Shown here: in pieces, positions 26,614-40,650 of the stretch | How positions within the stretch are numbered: the first letter of the stretch is position 1 | Layout of the letters: every line of letters starts with the position of its first letter | Assembly: GCF_001194135.2 (NCBI RefSeq) | Contig: NC_069003.1 | Span: forward strand, 2,891,458-2,955,457 | Direction: 5' to 3' | Length of the DNA stretch: 64,000 nucleotides | DNA from: Octopus bimaculoides | Taxonomy: Eukaryota | Translations under genes and position numbers: made by a program | The notes under the pieces: model-generated | Databases searched by the model: none | Seen by the model: only the letters and a program-made list of their open reading frames with translations | Told to the model about the DNA's origin: nothing

Positions 26614-28010
26614 ATATATGTATATATGTATATATTTACACAGACATATATACATACATATCTGTGAATATATACATTTGTATATGTATATATAAATGTG
26701 TATATATGTATATAGATAGATAAATATATAAACAGATAGATAGATAGATATATAAATAGATATATATACAGATAAATAAATAGATGAGTACGCGAACATT
26801 TTCTCTATGTGTTTGTTTGTGTATGTCTGTGTGTCAGTATCACTGTATGTGTGTATGTATGTATGTGTACGTGTACGTCTATGTGTTTGGGTGAGTGAGT
26901 GTGCGTTTAAACGTATTGGATATTCTTCCTTATCCCCAGATCGGATTTATTTCACTGGCGAAACGAATATACTCTCCTTCAAAGATACTCCTGTCCCTTG
27001 CAATTCAAACGAACAAGCAATAAAACAAGTGATATATACCTAGCTACCTACATACATACATATAGGCATTTACACATACATATACACAAACACAGAAACA
27101 CATACACACGCACACACACATATATATTCTATTCTTCTATTATTCGATTGCTCTTTCGTTTTTGTTCCTTTTTCTCTCTTCGTTTCTCTAATTCTTTTTA
27201 TATCCCCTTCTCCCCACCCCCGTTTCTTTTCCTTCTTGTCCTTTCTCTAATTTTTCCTCTCCCTTTTACCAGTCACTCTCTATCGATCACTCTCCCACAC
27301 TCCTAAACCGTTGCCCTCTCGTGGCTCCCACGTGACCATCGGTCATCTTTCATTCTTTTCCTAACTTGTGTTTCTTTCTTTCCTTCTGATTCAGATGGAC
27401 GAATCGAACGAATTTTTGTCTGTCTCTTGTCCAAGCTTGCTTCTCTGCGTTCGCCACCTCACTTCGTTAAGGCTTAACAGCGCTTCCTGCTTGTTTTCAC
27501 TGTCCTTCTCTTTGTTACCAATTTTGACCGTTCGTAAAATCCCAAATTTGTATGTAATTTGCTTTGCGGGAGCAACTGTTTTATCGAAGGCGCACCTTGT
27601 CGTTGAATTGCTCGAATTACAGATAAGAAAAACAGCCGAAAACTCATAAAGGGTCGTTCGTAATGTTATTTCTCTTGTTTTTCATATGTTTGTATCGTTG
27701 TTGCAAAAAAAAAGTTCATATTCCATATATTCGTATTTCGTATATCATGTTTTCGTTTATTTGTGTTGTTTACGTTCCGTGACATCCTGTGCCCATATAT
27801 GCATATGTATATACGTATAGTTGTAAGTATGTACATATACGTATGAATATATACATACATACATATATATATATATANNNNNNNNNNNNNNNNNNNNNNN
27901 NNNNNNNNNNNNNNNNNNNNNNNNNNNNNNNNNNNNNNNNNNNNNNNNNNNNNNNNNNNNNNNNNNNNNNNNNNNNNNNTGTTATTTAGATTACATATTT
28001 GTATACATAT

Positions 28011-28061
28011 ATATGGAGTAGTGACAGAGTACGACCGTTTCAAGCGGCTCCATTTAGTTGA
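28011..28061 (+). repeat. Short dispersed repeat (second copy 31737-31787)
   Basis: ATATGGAGTAGTGACAGAGTACGAC...AAGCGGCTCCATTTAGTTGA. Confidence 0.8.
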
Positions 28062-28287
28062 ACAATGCAATCATTACATCAATTTAAAATTCAATGCCAT
28101 CTTCAGCTGCACAAATACATAAATATAATTTTAACCAGTCGGACGCATTAATATAATGTTTTCTCAAATACTTGATACCCTGTTGCTTATTTTGGTGTTA
28201 TTCACCTTCGAACTGTGCATAATAACATACTGACTTTGTATTTCAACGTAAGTACCTAATTCAACTGAATCTCAAATCCAGAACTGA

Positions 28288-28430
28288 ATCTACGAAATCC
28301 ACTCACAAGGCTTTGGTCGGCCCGATGCTATAGTAGAAGGCACTTGCTCAAGATGTTACACAGCCTGACTGAACCCAGAACCACTTGATTGGGAAGCAAA
28401 CGTCTTACCACACTGCCACATCTGCACCTA
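28288..28430 (-). mobile_element. SINE family A 5' half
   Basis: AAATCCACTCACAAGGCTTTGGTCGGCCCG...CACTTGC...GAACCCAGAACCAC...CTTACCACAC. Confidence 0.85.
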
Positions 28431-28847
28431 GACATACACGCATATACGTCCGTTTGTTTCATCTGTGTATATTTTATTTGTCTTGTACGCTTATGTATGT
28501 TTTGTTGTAGCCGTGTCGCTTGTGGTGGTTATCGAAGTAACGATGTCAATAGAGGCTAATTATCAAGTTATGTTTACATATTCGACAAGAATTTGCACTC
28601 TGTAGAACACAGTCAATCAATAGACTCAACGAATTACAAACAATATACTTTTATTGCTTTTTAACACCACCGCTGTCTAAGTGTCCAACTTTAAAGCCGA
28701 TATATGTTGTTCTTGACGTTGTTATTTAGTTCCAAGTTAGTTCGGTTCCAGCGGATTTATGATCAAAGATATTGCAACCATTCATATCATCTATATACTC
28801 TCTCCTTTGTTTTGTAAGACTTGGATTACATTGCCCANNNNNNNNNN

Positions 28848-28882
<35 letters not shown>

Positions 28883-30694
28883 TGTACATATATATGTATG
28901 TATATATGTATATATATAAGTGTGTGTGTGTAGGTATATATATGCATATATATGTGTGTGGTATATAGGGGTCCACATAGTCACCGGATGTTGGTTGAGT
29001 GACCATTATACTGGGCTAAAACTTCCACAGAATGACGCAAACCCTAAGGCTTGCTTAAACCTCCTCCTGGTACCAACCTCGATCTAAACCAACAGGTGAG
29101 GATAACTGCGGGTGTTTGCGCAGCACAACACGCGCAAGCCTATATCTTTATGAAACCTAGAAAAGTCATGGTAAGAGGAGTTTACTCTGGCAATAGTGAA
29201 ACCGCAGCGTAGTATAACTAAGTCAAATCTATCTCCTACATGAGTGTACTTTTTCATTCTGTTCACATGACGGCAATAGTAACATCCACCCCTAGGGGTC
29301 AGCCACACTTAAGTGGCAATATACTACACTTTATCGTGCAGTTACTGTTAATACTTCATTTAGAGAATTAACATTGCTTATATATATATATATATNNNNN
29401 NNNNNNNNNNNNNNNNNNNNNNNNNNNNNNNNNNNNNNNNNNNNNNNNNNNNNNNNNNNNNNNNNNNNNNNNNNNNNNNNNNNNNNNNNNNNNNNNNNNN
29501 NNNNNNNNNNNNNNNNNNNNNNNNNNNNNNNNNNNNNNNNNNNNNNNNNNNNNNNNNNNNNNNNNNNNNNNNNNNNNNNNNNNNNNNNNNNNNNNNNNNN
29601 NNNNNNNNNNNNNNNNNNNNNNNNNNNNNNNNNNNNNNNNNNNNNNNNNNNNNNNNNNNNNNNNNNNNNNNNNNNNNNNNNNNNNNNNNNNNNNNNNNNN
29701 NNNNNNNNNNNNNNNNNNNNNNNNNNNNNNNNNNNNNNNNNNNNNNNNNNNNNNNNNNNNNNNNNNNNNNNNNNNNNNNNNNNNNNNNNNNNNNNNNNNN
29801 NNNNNNNNNNNNNNNNNNNNNNNNNNNNATTTGTGCGTTTGCGTATGCGTATGTGCACGTGTTTGTGTATGCGTGTCTGTGTGCGTTCGGTAATTTTCAA
29901 TACTTGAGAAAACACGCTTTGTGAATTATGAAAATGAACAGAAAATTTATAAACCGTGAAGAATGCAACTTCTGTAAAAATGAAATAACATTTATTCTTC
30001 TTTCTTACGATATGTCGATCATAAATATAAAAATAAAAAAATCCCAAACGGAACAGAAGTTTTTGAAACAACTGTAATAGAACGACATGACTAGAATAAA
30101 ACAATGTGAAGTAAGTCAATTAGACAATGTTGCCACGGTGGTCTTCTGCCGTATCGAATCTAGAGAAGTACATATGCTCACGATCTCTAGTTTAATATTG
30201 GATATCAGGATGGAGAAATAACAAACTCCGTTACCACAAGCAACAGGATTAAAATATATCACCTCTGGACTGGACCCATTTTCGTTTCTTTTCCCACAAC
30301 CTATTTTTACTTGACAAGGAGTTTCATGATAATAATATGTGAACAAATGCCCTCTTGTTTTCGTGTTTAAAATGTACAATGTAGAGCTAAGTACTGTGGT
30401 ACTGGAGGAGATTTCTCACGTATTTCTCTCATGAAAATTTCGTTGATGGCCGAGTGGTACAGTGACTGAATATAAATACAGAAATCGTTCGAGTATCGTG
30501 TGTGTTACATTGGAAAACCTCCCACAAAAATAATTAAAATTCTAAAAAAAAAATAGATACCTAGAAACACGGATATTCTGAGAAGTCCGCAATATAAATT
30601 TACATGTATTATAAGAAAACTCTGCGATGTACTGAGTGCCCCATTGGTGAACAACATACCCTGGCGGGAATTACAAACAAAATACTGTGTGCAT

Positions 30695-30825
30695 GACGGG
30701 CTTCTTTCCGTCTACCAAATCCAGTCACAAGGCTTTGGTCGGCCCGAGGCTATTGTAGAAGACACTTGCCCAAGGTGCCATGCAGTTAACTGAATCCGGA
30801 ACCATATGGTTGGTTCCTGTGCCTA
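30695..30825 (-). mobile_element. SINE family A 5' half
   Basis: GACGGGCTTCTTTC...ACAAGGCTTTGGTCGGCCCGAGGCTA...ACACTTGCCCAAGGTGCCA. Confidence 0.85.
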
Positions 30826-31736
30826 TGTATACATTGTCTATGTATACATCACATATAATCTATACAGGATATATATATACAAACAGAGCAAACTCAATTT
30901 CTGCGATGAGTGAAGACAAATTATGAGCAACCTTATTCGATTTTCGAACAATATTGCATTTGCATTAGAGATGTCTGCATCATTTTGGTGCATCCCAGTC
31001 TTATAAGCTGCCAATGTGTTTCAATATTCAACAAATCCAGTAGCTGAAGAGAACTGGAGCTAATTTACATACCGTCTATGTTTAACGCGTTATTTAATAT
31101 GAGCAACTTGTCAACGAGGATTTCCATCCATGTATGATATAATATATATAATCTATGCAGTAAATAATGATTTCATGTTCCAGAATTATTTATTTCCCTC
31201 TACATTTCGCAGCTAATTCCAAGGCCAATACAGTTACTTTAATAAACATTATATTCTAGTGATCACGTACAATATTTTACTTATACATATTCTCAACTAC
31301 TCTGTAGATTTCAAGATATTTACGCTTACTCCCTTTCTATATATCTACCCACATTTGACCATATATATAATTTGCATTGCACAACAATTTTAAGTATTAT
31401 GTTCTTATTGTTTCAACAAAGAAATTCTTTATTATGTCAACTATCAACAAACGCATCATCTGAAGCGCACTCACTGCCCTCATTTTATATGTTATAGGTA
31501 ATAAACTTAGGAACTCCAATGCCATCGTAGTCAAGTGATCTATGGCCGTATACTTACATTGCGTCCCAGCTACCTTAATTCTCCCCTCCTCTATTTAGCA
31601 TAACCTTTTCCTTCCCACACACGTTGCGCTGACCACCACAATATTCATCTAGTAAACAGCAGGATACTGTAGCATGCATGTCATCCCGATCTTGAAACTC
31701 TAGGCCCCAATTCAATATTATATATATGTTTACATA

Positions 31737-31787
31737 TATATGGAGTGGTAACAGAGTACGACAGAGTAAGCGGCTCCATTTAGTTGA
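31737..31787 (+). repeat. Short dispersed repeat (first copy 28011-28061)
   Basis: ATATGGAGTGGTAACAGAGTACGACAGAGTAAGCGGCTCCATTTAGTTGA. Confidence 0.8.
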
Positions 31788-31924
31788 GGCCCATCCTTTA
31801 AATGACTCCCATAAGGCATTAGTAAAACACAAAACCACATTAGCAGACTCTTGCAAAAGCCCCACCGCCCAGCCAAAATTAAAACCTGTTCAAGGCGGTT
31901 CCAGTAACCTCAAATTTTACTCAC

Positions 31925-31970
31925 AGATAATCGTTCAAACATTGGTGTATTTGTAGAAAATTTCAGGCGA
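31925..31970 (-). CDS. Candidate internal exon, RLKFSTNTPMFERLS
   Basis: Acceptor ctaccttttag and donor TCT|gtgagt; one open frame (phase 2 to 0). Confidence 0.3.
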
Positions 31971-31984
31971 CTAAAAGGTAGAAT

Positions 31985-32165
31985 CGCCAGAGCCTTGGAA
32001 AAAAATTCCTTGCGACATTTCCTCCGACTCTTTTACGATCGAAGTTCAAATTTCGCCGACATTGAAGTTGCATTTCATCAGTTTGGGTTCGATAAAATAA
32101 ATAGCAGTTGAGCACCGAAGACGATGAAATTGATTTATCCCTCCCTTAAAATTTGAGGCCAACAA
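31985..32165 (+). mobile_element. SINE family B, degenerate
   Basis: GACATTTCCTCCG...GTTCAAATTTCGCCGA...TTGCATTTCATC...TCGATAAAATAA. Confidence 0.65.
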
Positions 32166-32946
32166 CCAAAATTTTAAATATACACCAGGAGATGCTTGTT
32201 AAAGTCTACCAGCGAAACATATGATCTATCCGTCTTAGGAACTCCCGGTGAGAGATTCTGACAGTCAAATTACACTCCGGAGACCATCAAGAAAATACAA
32301 GGTTATATAAGTAGACAATTCGTTAAGGTACTTCACAACGGAGTCAAATCAGATGCCGCATGATAAAGAAACGAACTTTTGAACCAGAAATCCCTGGCTG
32401 AGCAACATTGAGTCACTGGAGATTTCTTGGTGATGTGCAACATAAATTACGAGACTGTTGTTCCGATATTTATATATAAAAAAACTATCATATGATATTC
32501 CGTTCAGTAGAGCCTATATCAAATGCATAGAACAATATATCACATTTATCACTGATACCTTATTTTATCACATGAGTGACAAGAGCTATAAAACAAAGGA
32601 GGTAATAAATTACGCCTCTGTGGAGTAAAATATTTTTAGAGGAGATGTAGGAATTGATTATAGAATTACAAGTTTATATACTGGCAAGATATCTGTACGT
32701 ATATCGGTCTGTAAGCCGATACATATATGTACACACAGACACAGACAGACAGACACACACACATACACACACACACACACACACAGGTATATACAAACAT
32801 ATATAGATATCTACATCTCAAATACACAGGCATGCAATCACACATAGCAATTTATAACAAAAACATTTTTCTCCTTCATTCTTGCATCAAGCTAAATAGT
32901 TACATTATAATATATCAAGTGAAGGAAATACATACATACATACATG

Positions 32947-33033
<87 letters not shown>

Positions 33034-33047
33034 NNNNNNNNNNNNNN

Positions 33048-33087
<40 letters not shown>

Positions 33088-33324
33088 TCATATATGGGAG
33101 AATATACAAAAAATAACAACAGACGAGGACAGGTGGTGTAAATAACAAAAGTATACATTCATATACATACATTCATATATATGAAATAGTAAATGTGTAA
33201 AAATAAAATTACAAAGGAATAGGAATATATGTATATATGTATGTATATATTTATATGTATATAAATCATACTCCCACATACACATATATTATTTTGTAGT
33301 TTCTTCTTTTACACATTTACTGCC

Positions 33325-33570
33325 TTAACTCTGGGTTCCGACCACCTTTGGAACAACGCCTTGAATTCTTGAACCGATTAAGTCACCTGTAGGACTCGGC
33401 ACCTTATTATACCGGTCTTTTGTCGAACCGCAACCTGACAGCAACGACACGAAACTAACGCAGTTTCTGAAGGAGTGAGAGACAAACATCAAGAAACACC
33501 CGTAAAGTGACGTATATACACAAACAATAACTCACACAGATATAGAAAAACACAAGGCTTCCATGGTGTG
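33325..33570 (-). mobile_element. SINE family A 3' half, degenerate
   Basis: CCGGTCTTTTGTCGAACCGC...GAGACAAACA similar to 34588-34724 and 38445-38635. Confidence 0.5.
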
Positions 33571-34034
33571 GGTCTATATTTTAAAATACTTGCTTAAAAT
33601 GCTGCGGAATGATATTGAAGCTGGCACCGTGTGCTTCTGAAGCGAATGTTTTTATTTTTTTTATCTACAACACCACATCTATGTCTAGTGTTCTGCTGGC
33701 AGTCAAAGTTTCTGAGAATCAAACCTGGAAAGAGTCCCAGCCCAGATGTGAAATGCTGGTATTATATAAAATGCTAATAAATACACACGAGTAGAGAAAT
33801 ATAGTTCTAAATTCAAGGGTGAAAGGTTCAAGCCTGAAGTGAGATCTGCGCTCAAATTTAAACTAATAATAAATTAAAAATATTGAAAAGTAGGACATTT
33901 CCCTGTTGCTTGCAAATTCTGAAAAATGTATTAAAATGCGTTAGAATTGTATTAGTGTAAATCTATTGAATATAAATAGAATATGATATAAGGGTTAAAT
34001 AGTTTATCCCATATATTTTTTATTCGTTTATTCT

Positions 34035-34140
34035 TTTATTTGTTTCAGTCATTTGACTGTGGTGATACTGGAGCACTGCCTTTAGTCGCCTTTCATCTCT
34101 TCAGGGTCGACAAAGTAAGGAACCTGTTAAACATTGGAAT
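34035..34140 (-). mobile_element. SINE family A 3' end
   Basis: TTTGTTTCAGTCATTTGACTGTGG...CTGGAGCACTGCCTTTAGTCG. Confidence 0.75.
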
Positions 34141-34587
34141 CGAAGAAATTGACTTACCCCATCCACCCAAATCTACTAGATTTGTGCCAGAATCGGAAAA
34201 CAATATAAAATGGTGTCAGAAATTCATTAAGTATATTAAATTTTTTTAAAATTCGAATAACTTTTACAATGCTTGTATATACACGAGAGGGCATTTAAAA
34301 GCGTGAGACATCAGCATTTTCATCTATAAGTAAATAAAAATAATTATTATTATAGTCTACTTTAAAAAAAAAGAGATAAAACCACTTGAGTCAGCAATAT
34401 TCTACGCAGACACATAAAAAGTACTATTTATTTATTTAAATTTTGTTGATGCCATGAAAGTTATGCTAATTAACGAGAATCAGGTGTATAATTATATACG
34501 TATACGAGAGAAACTGAATCTGTAAGCAACATTTCACTGTCTGGGATATCTGCGTTATCAACGCGAATCGAAACATTCTTTTTTTTT

Positions 34588-34724
34588 GTTTTTATTTACC
34601 TTTTTCACTCATTTGACTGCGGACATGCTGGAGCACCGCGCCTTTAGTCGAACGAATCAACCCCAGGACTTAATCTTTGCAAGCCTAGTACTTATACTAT
34701 CGGTCTCTTTTGCCGAACCGCTGA
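34588..34724 (-). mobile_element. SINE family A 3' half, ends at an assembly gap
   Basis: CATTTGACTGCGGACATGCTGGAGCACCGC...CCCCAGGACTTA...TATCGGTCTCTTTTGCCGAACCGCT. Confidence 0.85.
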
Positions 34725-36039
34725 NNNNNNNNNNAAACTTTAACAAAATTACTGCTCAAAACATGTTTCAAAAGCAGAGAGAAAATTTTAAGTACTCACC
34801 GCTAAGAAAGAAACCTGGAACATTTTCTTGCAAATCGAAGCCTAAACAACACACAAAATTTATATATGCATACATATCTATGTATGAATATATATACATT
34901 TATATATACATATGTGTGTGTATGCATTTATGTATTTCTATATATGTTGATATGCATGAATGTGTGTGTGTGTGTGTGTGTGTGTGCGCGTGTGTGTGTG
35001 TGTGTGTGTGTATACACTTTAATACGTCCAAGGTATATTAATATTCACTCACACAAACCTCAATAAATCATCATGAAACATTTCTTCTTGAACCAATCAA
35101 TTAATTTCCTTAAAGAAAACATAATTGTATAGATAATTCAACGAATCATATATAAGTATTACCCAATGGTCTTATTTGCACACACACACACACACNNNNN
35201 NNNNNNNNNNNNNNNNNNNNNNNNNNNNNNNNNNNNNNNNNNNNNNNNNNNNNNNNNNNNNNNNNNNNNNNNNNNNNNNNNNNNNNNNNNNNNNNNNNNN
35301 NNNNNNNNNNNNNNNNNNNNNNNNNNNNNNNNNNNNNNNNNNNNNNNNNNNNNNNNNNNNNNNNNNNNNNNNNNNNNNNNNNNNNNNNNNNNNNNNNNNN
35401 NNNNNNNNNNNNNNNNNNNNNNNNNNNNNNNNNNNNNNNNNNNNNNNNNNNNNNNNNNNNNNNNNNNNNNNNNNNNNNNNNNNNNNNNNNNNNNNNNNNN
35501 NNNNNNNNNNNNNNNNNNNNNNNNNNNNNNNNNNNNNNNNNNNNNNNNNNNNNNNNNNNNNNNNNNNNNNNNNNNNNNNNNNNNNNNNNNNNNNNNNNNN
35601 NNNNNNNNNNNNNNNNNNNNNNNNNNNNNNNNNNNNNNNNNNNNNNNNNNNNNNNNNNNNNNNNNNNNNNNNNNNNNNNNNNNNNNNNNNNNNNNNNNNN
35701 NNNNNNNNNNNNNNNNNNNNNNNNNNNNNNNNNNNNNNNNNNNNNNNNNNNNNNNNNNNNNNNNNNNNNNNNNNNNNNNNNNNNNNNNNNNNNNNNNNNN
35801 NNNNNNNNNNNNNNNNNNNNNNNNNNNNNNNNNNNNNNNNNNNNNNNNNNNNNNNNNNNNNNNNNNNNNNNNNNNNNNNNNNNNNNNNNNNNNNNNNNNN
35901 NNNNNNNNNNNNNNNNNNNNNNNNNNNNNNNNNNNNNNNNNNNNNNNNNNNNNNNNNNNNNNNNNNNNNNNNNNNNNNNNNNNNNNNNNNNNNNNNNNNN
36001 NNNNNNNNNNNNNNNNNNNNNNNNNNNNNNNNNNNTATA

Positions 36040-36200
36040 TATATACCAGAGTAAGCGTATAGATGCGAAAGAAGGTGGCAGAAATAGTACTCGAATACAA
36101 GAAGTAGAGTAATATGCTTTATGAAAAACCAGCGAAAAATTTACAAAATCTGTTACTCGGAGTTTCACGCTCCCGTTCGTCGGACAGTTTAGTTTAGAAT
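36040..36200 (-). mobile_element. Family E small repeat carrying a hammerhead (second copy 42395-42505)
   Basis: GTACTCGAATAC...AGAGTAA...TTTAT...ACAAAA...TACTC(G/A)GAGTTTC is shared between the two loci. Confidence 0.7.
36150..36187 (-). ncRNA. Type I minimal hammerhead ribozyme motif, U4C core variant
   Basis: CTGT-CCGACGA-ACG-GGAG-CGT-GAAA-CTC(C)GAG-TA-ACAG: all three helices intact, GUA triplet. Confidence 0.75.
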
Positions 36201-37800
36201 GGAGCAAGATGAAGTTATATGCAGAAATACAATTACTTTGATAGATACACATCTGAAGATAGTTTTCTTCATTGCTCCTTTCAACTAACACTCTTTTCAA
36301 TAACCGGTGCATAATTTATAGTGACTGCTGCTTGCACAAAAGGAATACGCCAATCTAATCATCAGCGACCACATCCTTCTCAGATGATCCAGGTGTTTAG
36401 TGAATATATCAGCGAGAGGTGTCATACAAGAATTTTCTCTTCGAAGGTAACAACAAAAAAGGCAACATACAAGGGAGTTAAGTGGGGTTGATATTGGGAG
36501 TTTTCTTTCTGCATTATGGATATTCTGATTGCAGCTAGGATCATATCTTTCGCATGTGGCAATAAAATGCACGTATCTCTCATCTCAACCACGCTTGTGT
36601 CCGCGTGTTTTATACCTATTCTTAGTAACTGGATAATTTCCTGCAAACATCACTCAAACGACCTATGGACTCATTTCTACCGACTGAAACAATCTACTTC
36701 GCAACCCAAGATCCTTCTCTAACAGTGCCATTTAAATATAGCTTGAGTTAACAATGGCTGAAATCTGAGTCGTATACGTGTGGTGTGTATGTATATAACT
36801 GCGCGGATATTTGCGTCTGCGGGTCTGTAGAAACATTGTGAAAATGGTGTTCGCAGAACTTTCGCAGGTCTTGTAGCTTTTTCTTGCTGCAAGTTTTGTA
36901 GCAACTATCTTCACTTTGCAATCCTATTGGACGAAGTGGTTTAGTTGATGATGACCCGACCTTTATAGCAATTATTCTGGATTACATGAAGCAATTATAT
37001 TATGGGAACTAGTTCTCGATAATCTTAATGAACACAAATTGAAAATCAGATTTTATAAAGCCACAGATATTAAAATTACGTCCTTGAACATGAACATTGG
37101 ATATATCTCAAAATGAACAGAAGCAAAGGGCAGTCTATAATTAGGCAGAGAAGCTTACACTTTGAGATGAATTGAATTCTCTATATCATAGTGAGACATA
37201 ATGAATGGCAACTAAAAGCTCTTGAATTTTGTGGGGTCGAAGATCGAGGGATAATCTTGCCTATATTATATGTGGCTGAATTAGTCTTTTAAAATCCGGA
37301 CGATTCAACTGTGGAAGGTTGTATGTTGACGAATGGGATTCTTCTATGCAGAGAGTTTTCAGGGCGCAAACGTGTTGAAGGTTGCGCTCAATGGCTGCCG
37401 AGCTCAATGTACGATGAAGAAGTCACTGTTGGCGTGATTTTTTTTAATGAAAATAAAATGGAAGGAAGAATATACATATATACATACATATATATTATAT
37501 ATGTATATATATATATATATATATNNNNNNNNNNNNNNNNNNNNNNNNNNNNNNNNNNNNNNNNNNNNNNNNNNNNNNNNNNNNNNNNNNNNNNNNNNNN
37601 NNNNNNNNNNNNNNNNNNNNNNNNNNNNNNNNNNNNNNNNNNNNNNNNNNNNNNNNNNNNNNNNNNNNNNNNNNAGAAAGAGAGAGAGGCAGACAGAAAC
37701 TGAGAAAGAGAGAGTAGTCTAAATGCATGCGTTCTTTTATACTTATATGTATGCGTAGAATTAAATTCATACATAAATCAATACACACACACACACACAT

Positions 37801-37876
<76 letters not shown>

Positions 37877-38280
37877 ATAATATGACGAAAAATTGCTCTT
37901 GAATCAATCAATTTCTGTAACGAAAGCATAAATGTGAAGATAATTTCACGAATCATATGTAAGTACGTAGGTATATTTATTTTTTTTTATTTTTGTTAGT
38001 TACCATTTTTCTTATATAATTTATGGTTTCATTTATTTATCACTGATTTGTTCATTTATTTTTGTTTTCTCTTCAGTAATTTTCTCGTCTTAATTTATTA
38101 TTAACAAAATACTGATTGTCGTTTAGAAAATTACCTAGAAAAAAAATATACAAAAATCTGATAGCCAAATCAGAATACACGTGATGAATAGATGGATAAA
38201 TGTACTCGTGTATAGTTAGATATTGTTATAAGAAGGTATGTATATGTGAATATATCTACCGATATACATATTTTATATAT

Positions 38281-38389
<109 letters not shown>

Positions 38390-38444
38390 ATTCTATGTAT
38401 ATAACTGCATATCTGCAGTAGGTAAATTGGAAAGTATACTCTGT

Positions 38445-38635
38445 TACAGTTTTACTTATTCCAGTCATTTTGAATGTGGTCATGCTGGAGCAGCGCCATT
38501 AGTCGAACGAATGTACCCCAGGATATTCTTATCCGTCTCTTTTGCCGAACCGCAAAGTTACGGGAACCTAAACATTGCAACATCGTTTGTCAAGCGATGG
38601 TAGGAGGACAAACACAACCAGAAACACACACATAC
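38445..38635 (-). mobile_element. SINE family A 3' half
   Basis: CCAGTCATTTTGAATGTGGTCATGCTGGAGCA...CTCTTTTGCCGAACCGC...GTCAAGCGATGGT. Confidence 0.85.
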
Positions 38636-39119
38636 ATCGATCTATCTATCTATCTATCTATCTATTTGTCTATCTATCTATCTATCGTCCAAACCGTGTT
38701 CTTCTTTTTCTTACTTAAAGAAACAAATTTTGATGTCTTTTTATTGCGGTACAACACGAGACAAAAATCTGACTTCTTCAACACTTACTATTCTAGGTTA
38801 CACTCCACTGGGTATAATAATTGCATTGATGCATTTGGACATAATTTGCACAGGATGGTAATCCCTTACTTCCGTTCACAAATTAGAATTGATGCGAGCA
38901 TATAATACAAATTCAATTCTGTATATTTGGTCTCCTTTCTCTGAAATATACCATTGCTGTTCATGTATAACGCCAAGAATTAAACACATGACTTGCTGTT
39001 TCTTAAAATCTCAGAGTAAGGCTTCGACAAAATCGTGTGAAACAAAGTAACGAAAAAAAAAAAGAATAATGGTAATCAATTTAGAGCAATAATAATACTA
39101 ATAGTATTAGTTGTGGAAA

Positions 39120-39125
39120 ATAATG

Positions 39126-39189
<64 letters not shown>

Positions 39190-39232
39190 TGATGATGATG
39201 ATGATGACGATGACGACGACGACGACGACTAC

Positions 39233-39269
<37 letters not shown>

Positions 39270-39275
39270 ATTAAT
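39120..39275. repeat. Compound (AAT)n/(GAT)n/(GAC)n microsatellite
   Basis: Direct reading. Confidence 0.95.
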
Positions 39276-39440
39276 GATATTAATGAAAATTGCCATAATT
39301 ATCTGAGTGTCGTAATTATTTCGGCTTATTTATACATTAATAATTCGTCTTAAGTATGTACTATTGAGTACATATACTTGCACACATACATGCATACATG
39401 CATACATACATGCATACATACATAAATACTTACATATATA

Positions 39441-39476
<36 letters not shown>

Positions 39477-39926
39477 ATATATACGCAGCCATATAATCTC
39501 TCATAATTGAGCATGTTTGCAAATGTATATATATAAATNNNNNNNNNNNNNNNNNNNNNNNNNNNNNNNNNNNNNNNNNNNNNNNNNNNNNNNNNNNNNN
39601 NNNNNNNNNNNNNNNNNNNNNNNNNNNNNNNNNNNNNNNNNNNNNNNNNNNNNNNNNNNNNNNNNNNNNNNNNNNNNNNNNNNNNNNNNNNNNNNNNNNN
39701 NNNNNNNNNNNNNNNNNNNNNNNNNNNNNNNNNNNNNNNNNNNNNNNNNNNNNNNNNNNNNNNNNNNNNNNNNNNNNNNNNNNNNNNNNNNNNNNNNNNN
39801 NNNNNNNNNNNNNNNNNNNNNNNNNNNNNNNNNNNNNNNNNNNNNNNNNNNNNNNNNNNNNNNNNNNNNNNNNNNNNNNNNNNNNNNNNNNNNNNNNNNN
39901 NNNNNNNNNNNNNNNNNNNNNNNNNN

Positions 39927-39958
<32 letters not shown>

Positions 39959-40057
39959 TTACACACATATTCACACATACATGCAAAAATAAATTGCTAC
40001 ATGCTTACATTCACCAGTACACGTTGTGAACGAACGTTTAGTGTCTCGGCGAATATT

Positions 40058-40103
<46 letters not shown>

Positions 40104-40521
40104 AGTGGATGTCCCGGCATGTGTGAGTCTAAATAATCTATATATTGTACACCTTGATTTATTTTCTCAAATGTATTAAGCACACTTGTGTTTTATAGTG
40201 TAATTATATTTGTACTAAACGCATTCACTCAGACACTCTACAGACATTTACACACGCGTCGCCAATCGTTGAGCGCGGACACAAATAAGCGAAGCGCAAT
40301 CAAACACCAGTTCGCATCTACATACACAACATAGACGTATTGCGTAGATTTTTACCTCTACACATATGCACATATCCCTACTTATATATTACAGTTTCTG
40401 ATTAATTTTTTCACACGTCTACACATGCATACATACATACATACATACATATGTACATATAACTCTATACGTATATGTAAATGTATGTATATATACATTT
40501 GTATGTATATGTATACATATA

Positions 40522-40590
<69 letters not shown>

Positions 40591-40595
<5 letters not shown>

Positions 40596-40650
40596 GGCAT
40601 TAACATATACATATATATATACATAGGCATTAACATATACATATATATAT
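40591..40650. repeat. 30-bp tandem duplication inside a (TA)n tract
   Basis: ACATAGGCATTAACATATACATATATATAT x2. Confidence 0.9.

Noticed and set aside
36297-36646. LADIFTKHL (copia RNase H-like) and a mariner-like DMILAAIRISI phrase
   Set aside because: Isolated motifs in different frames pointing to different families; no LTR or other domains.
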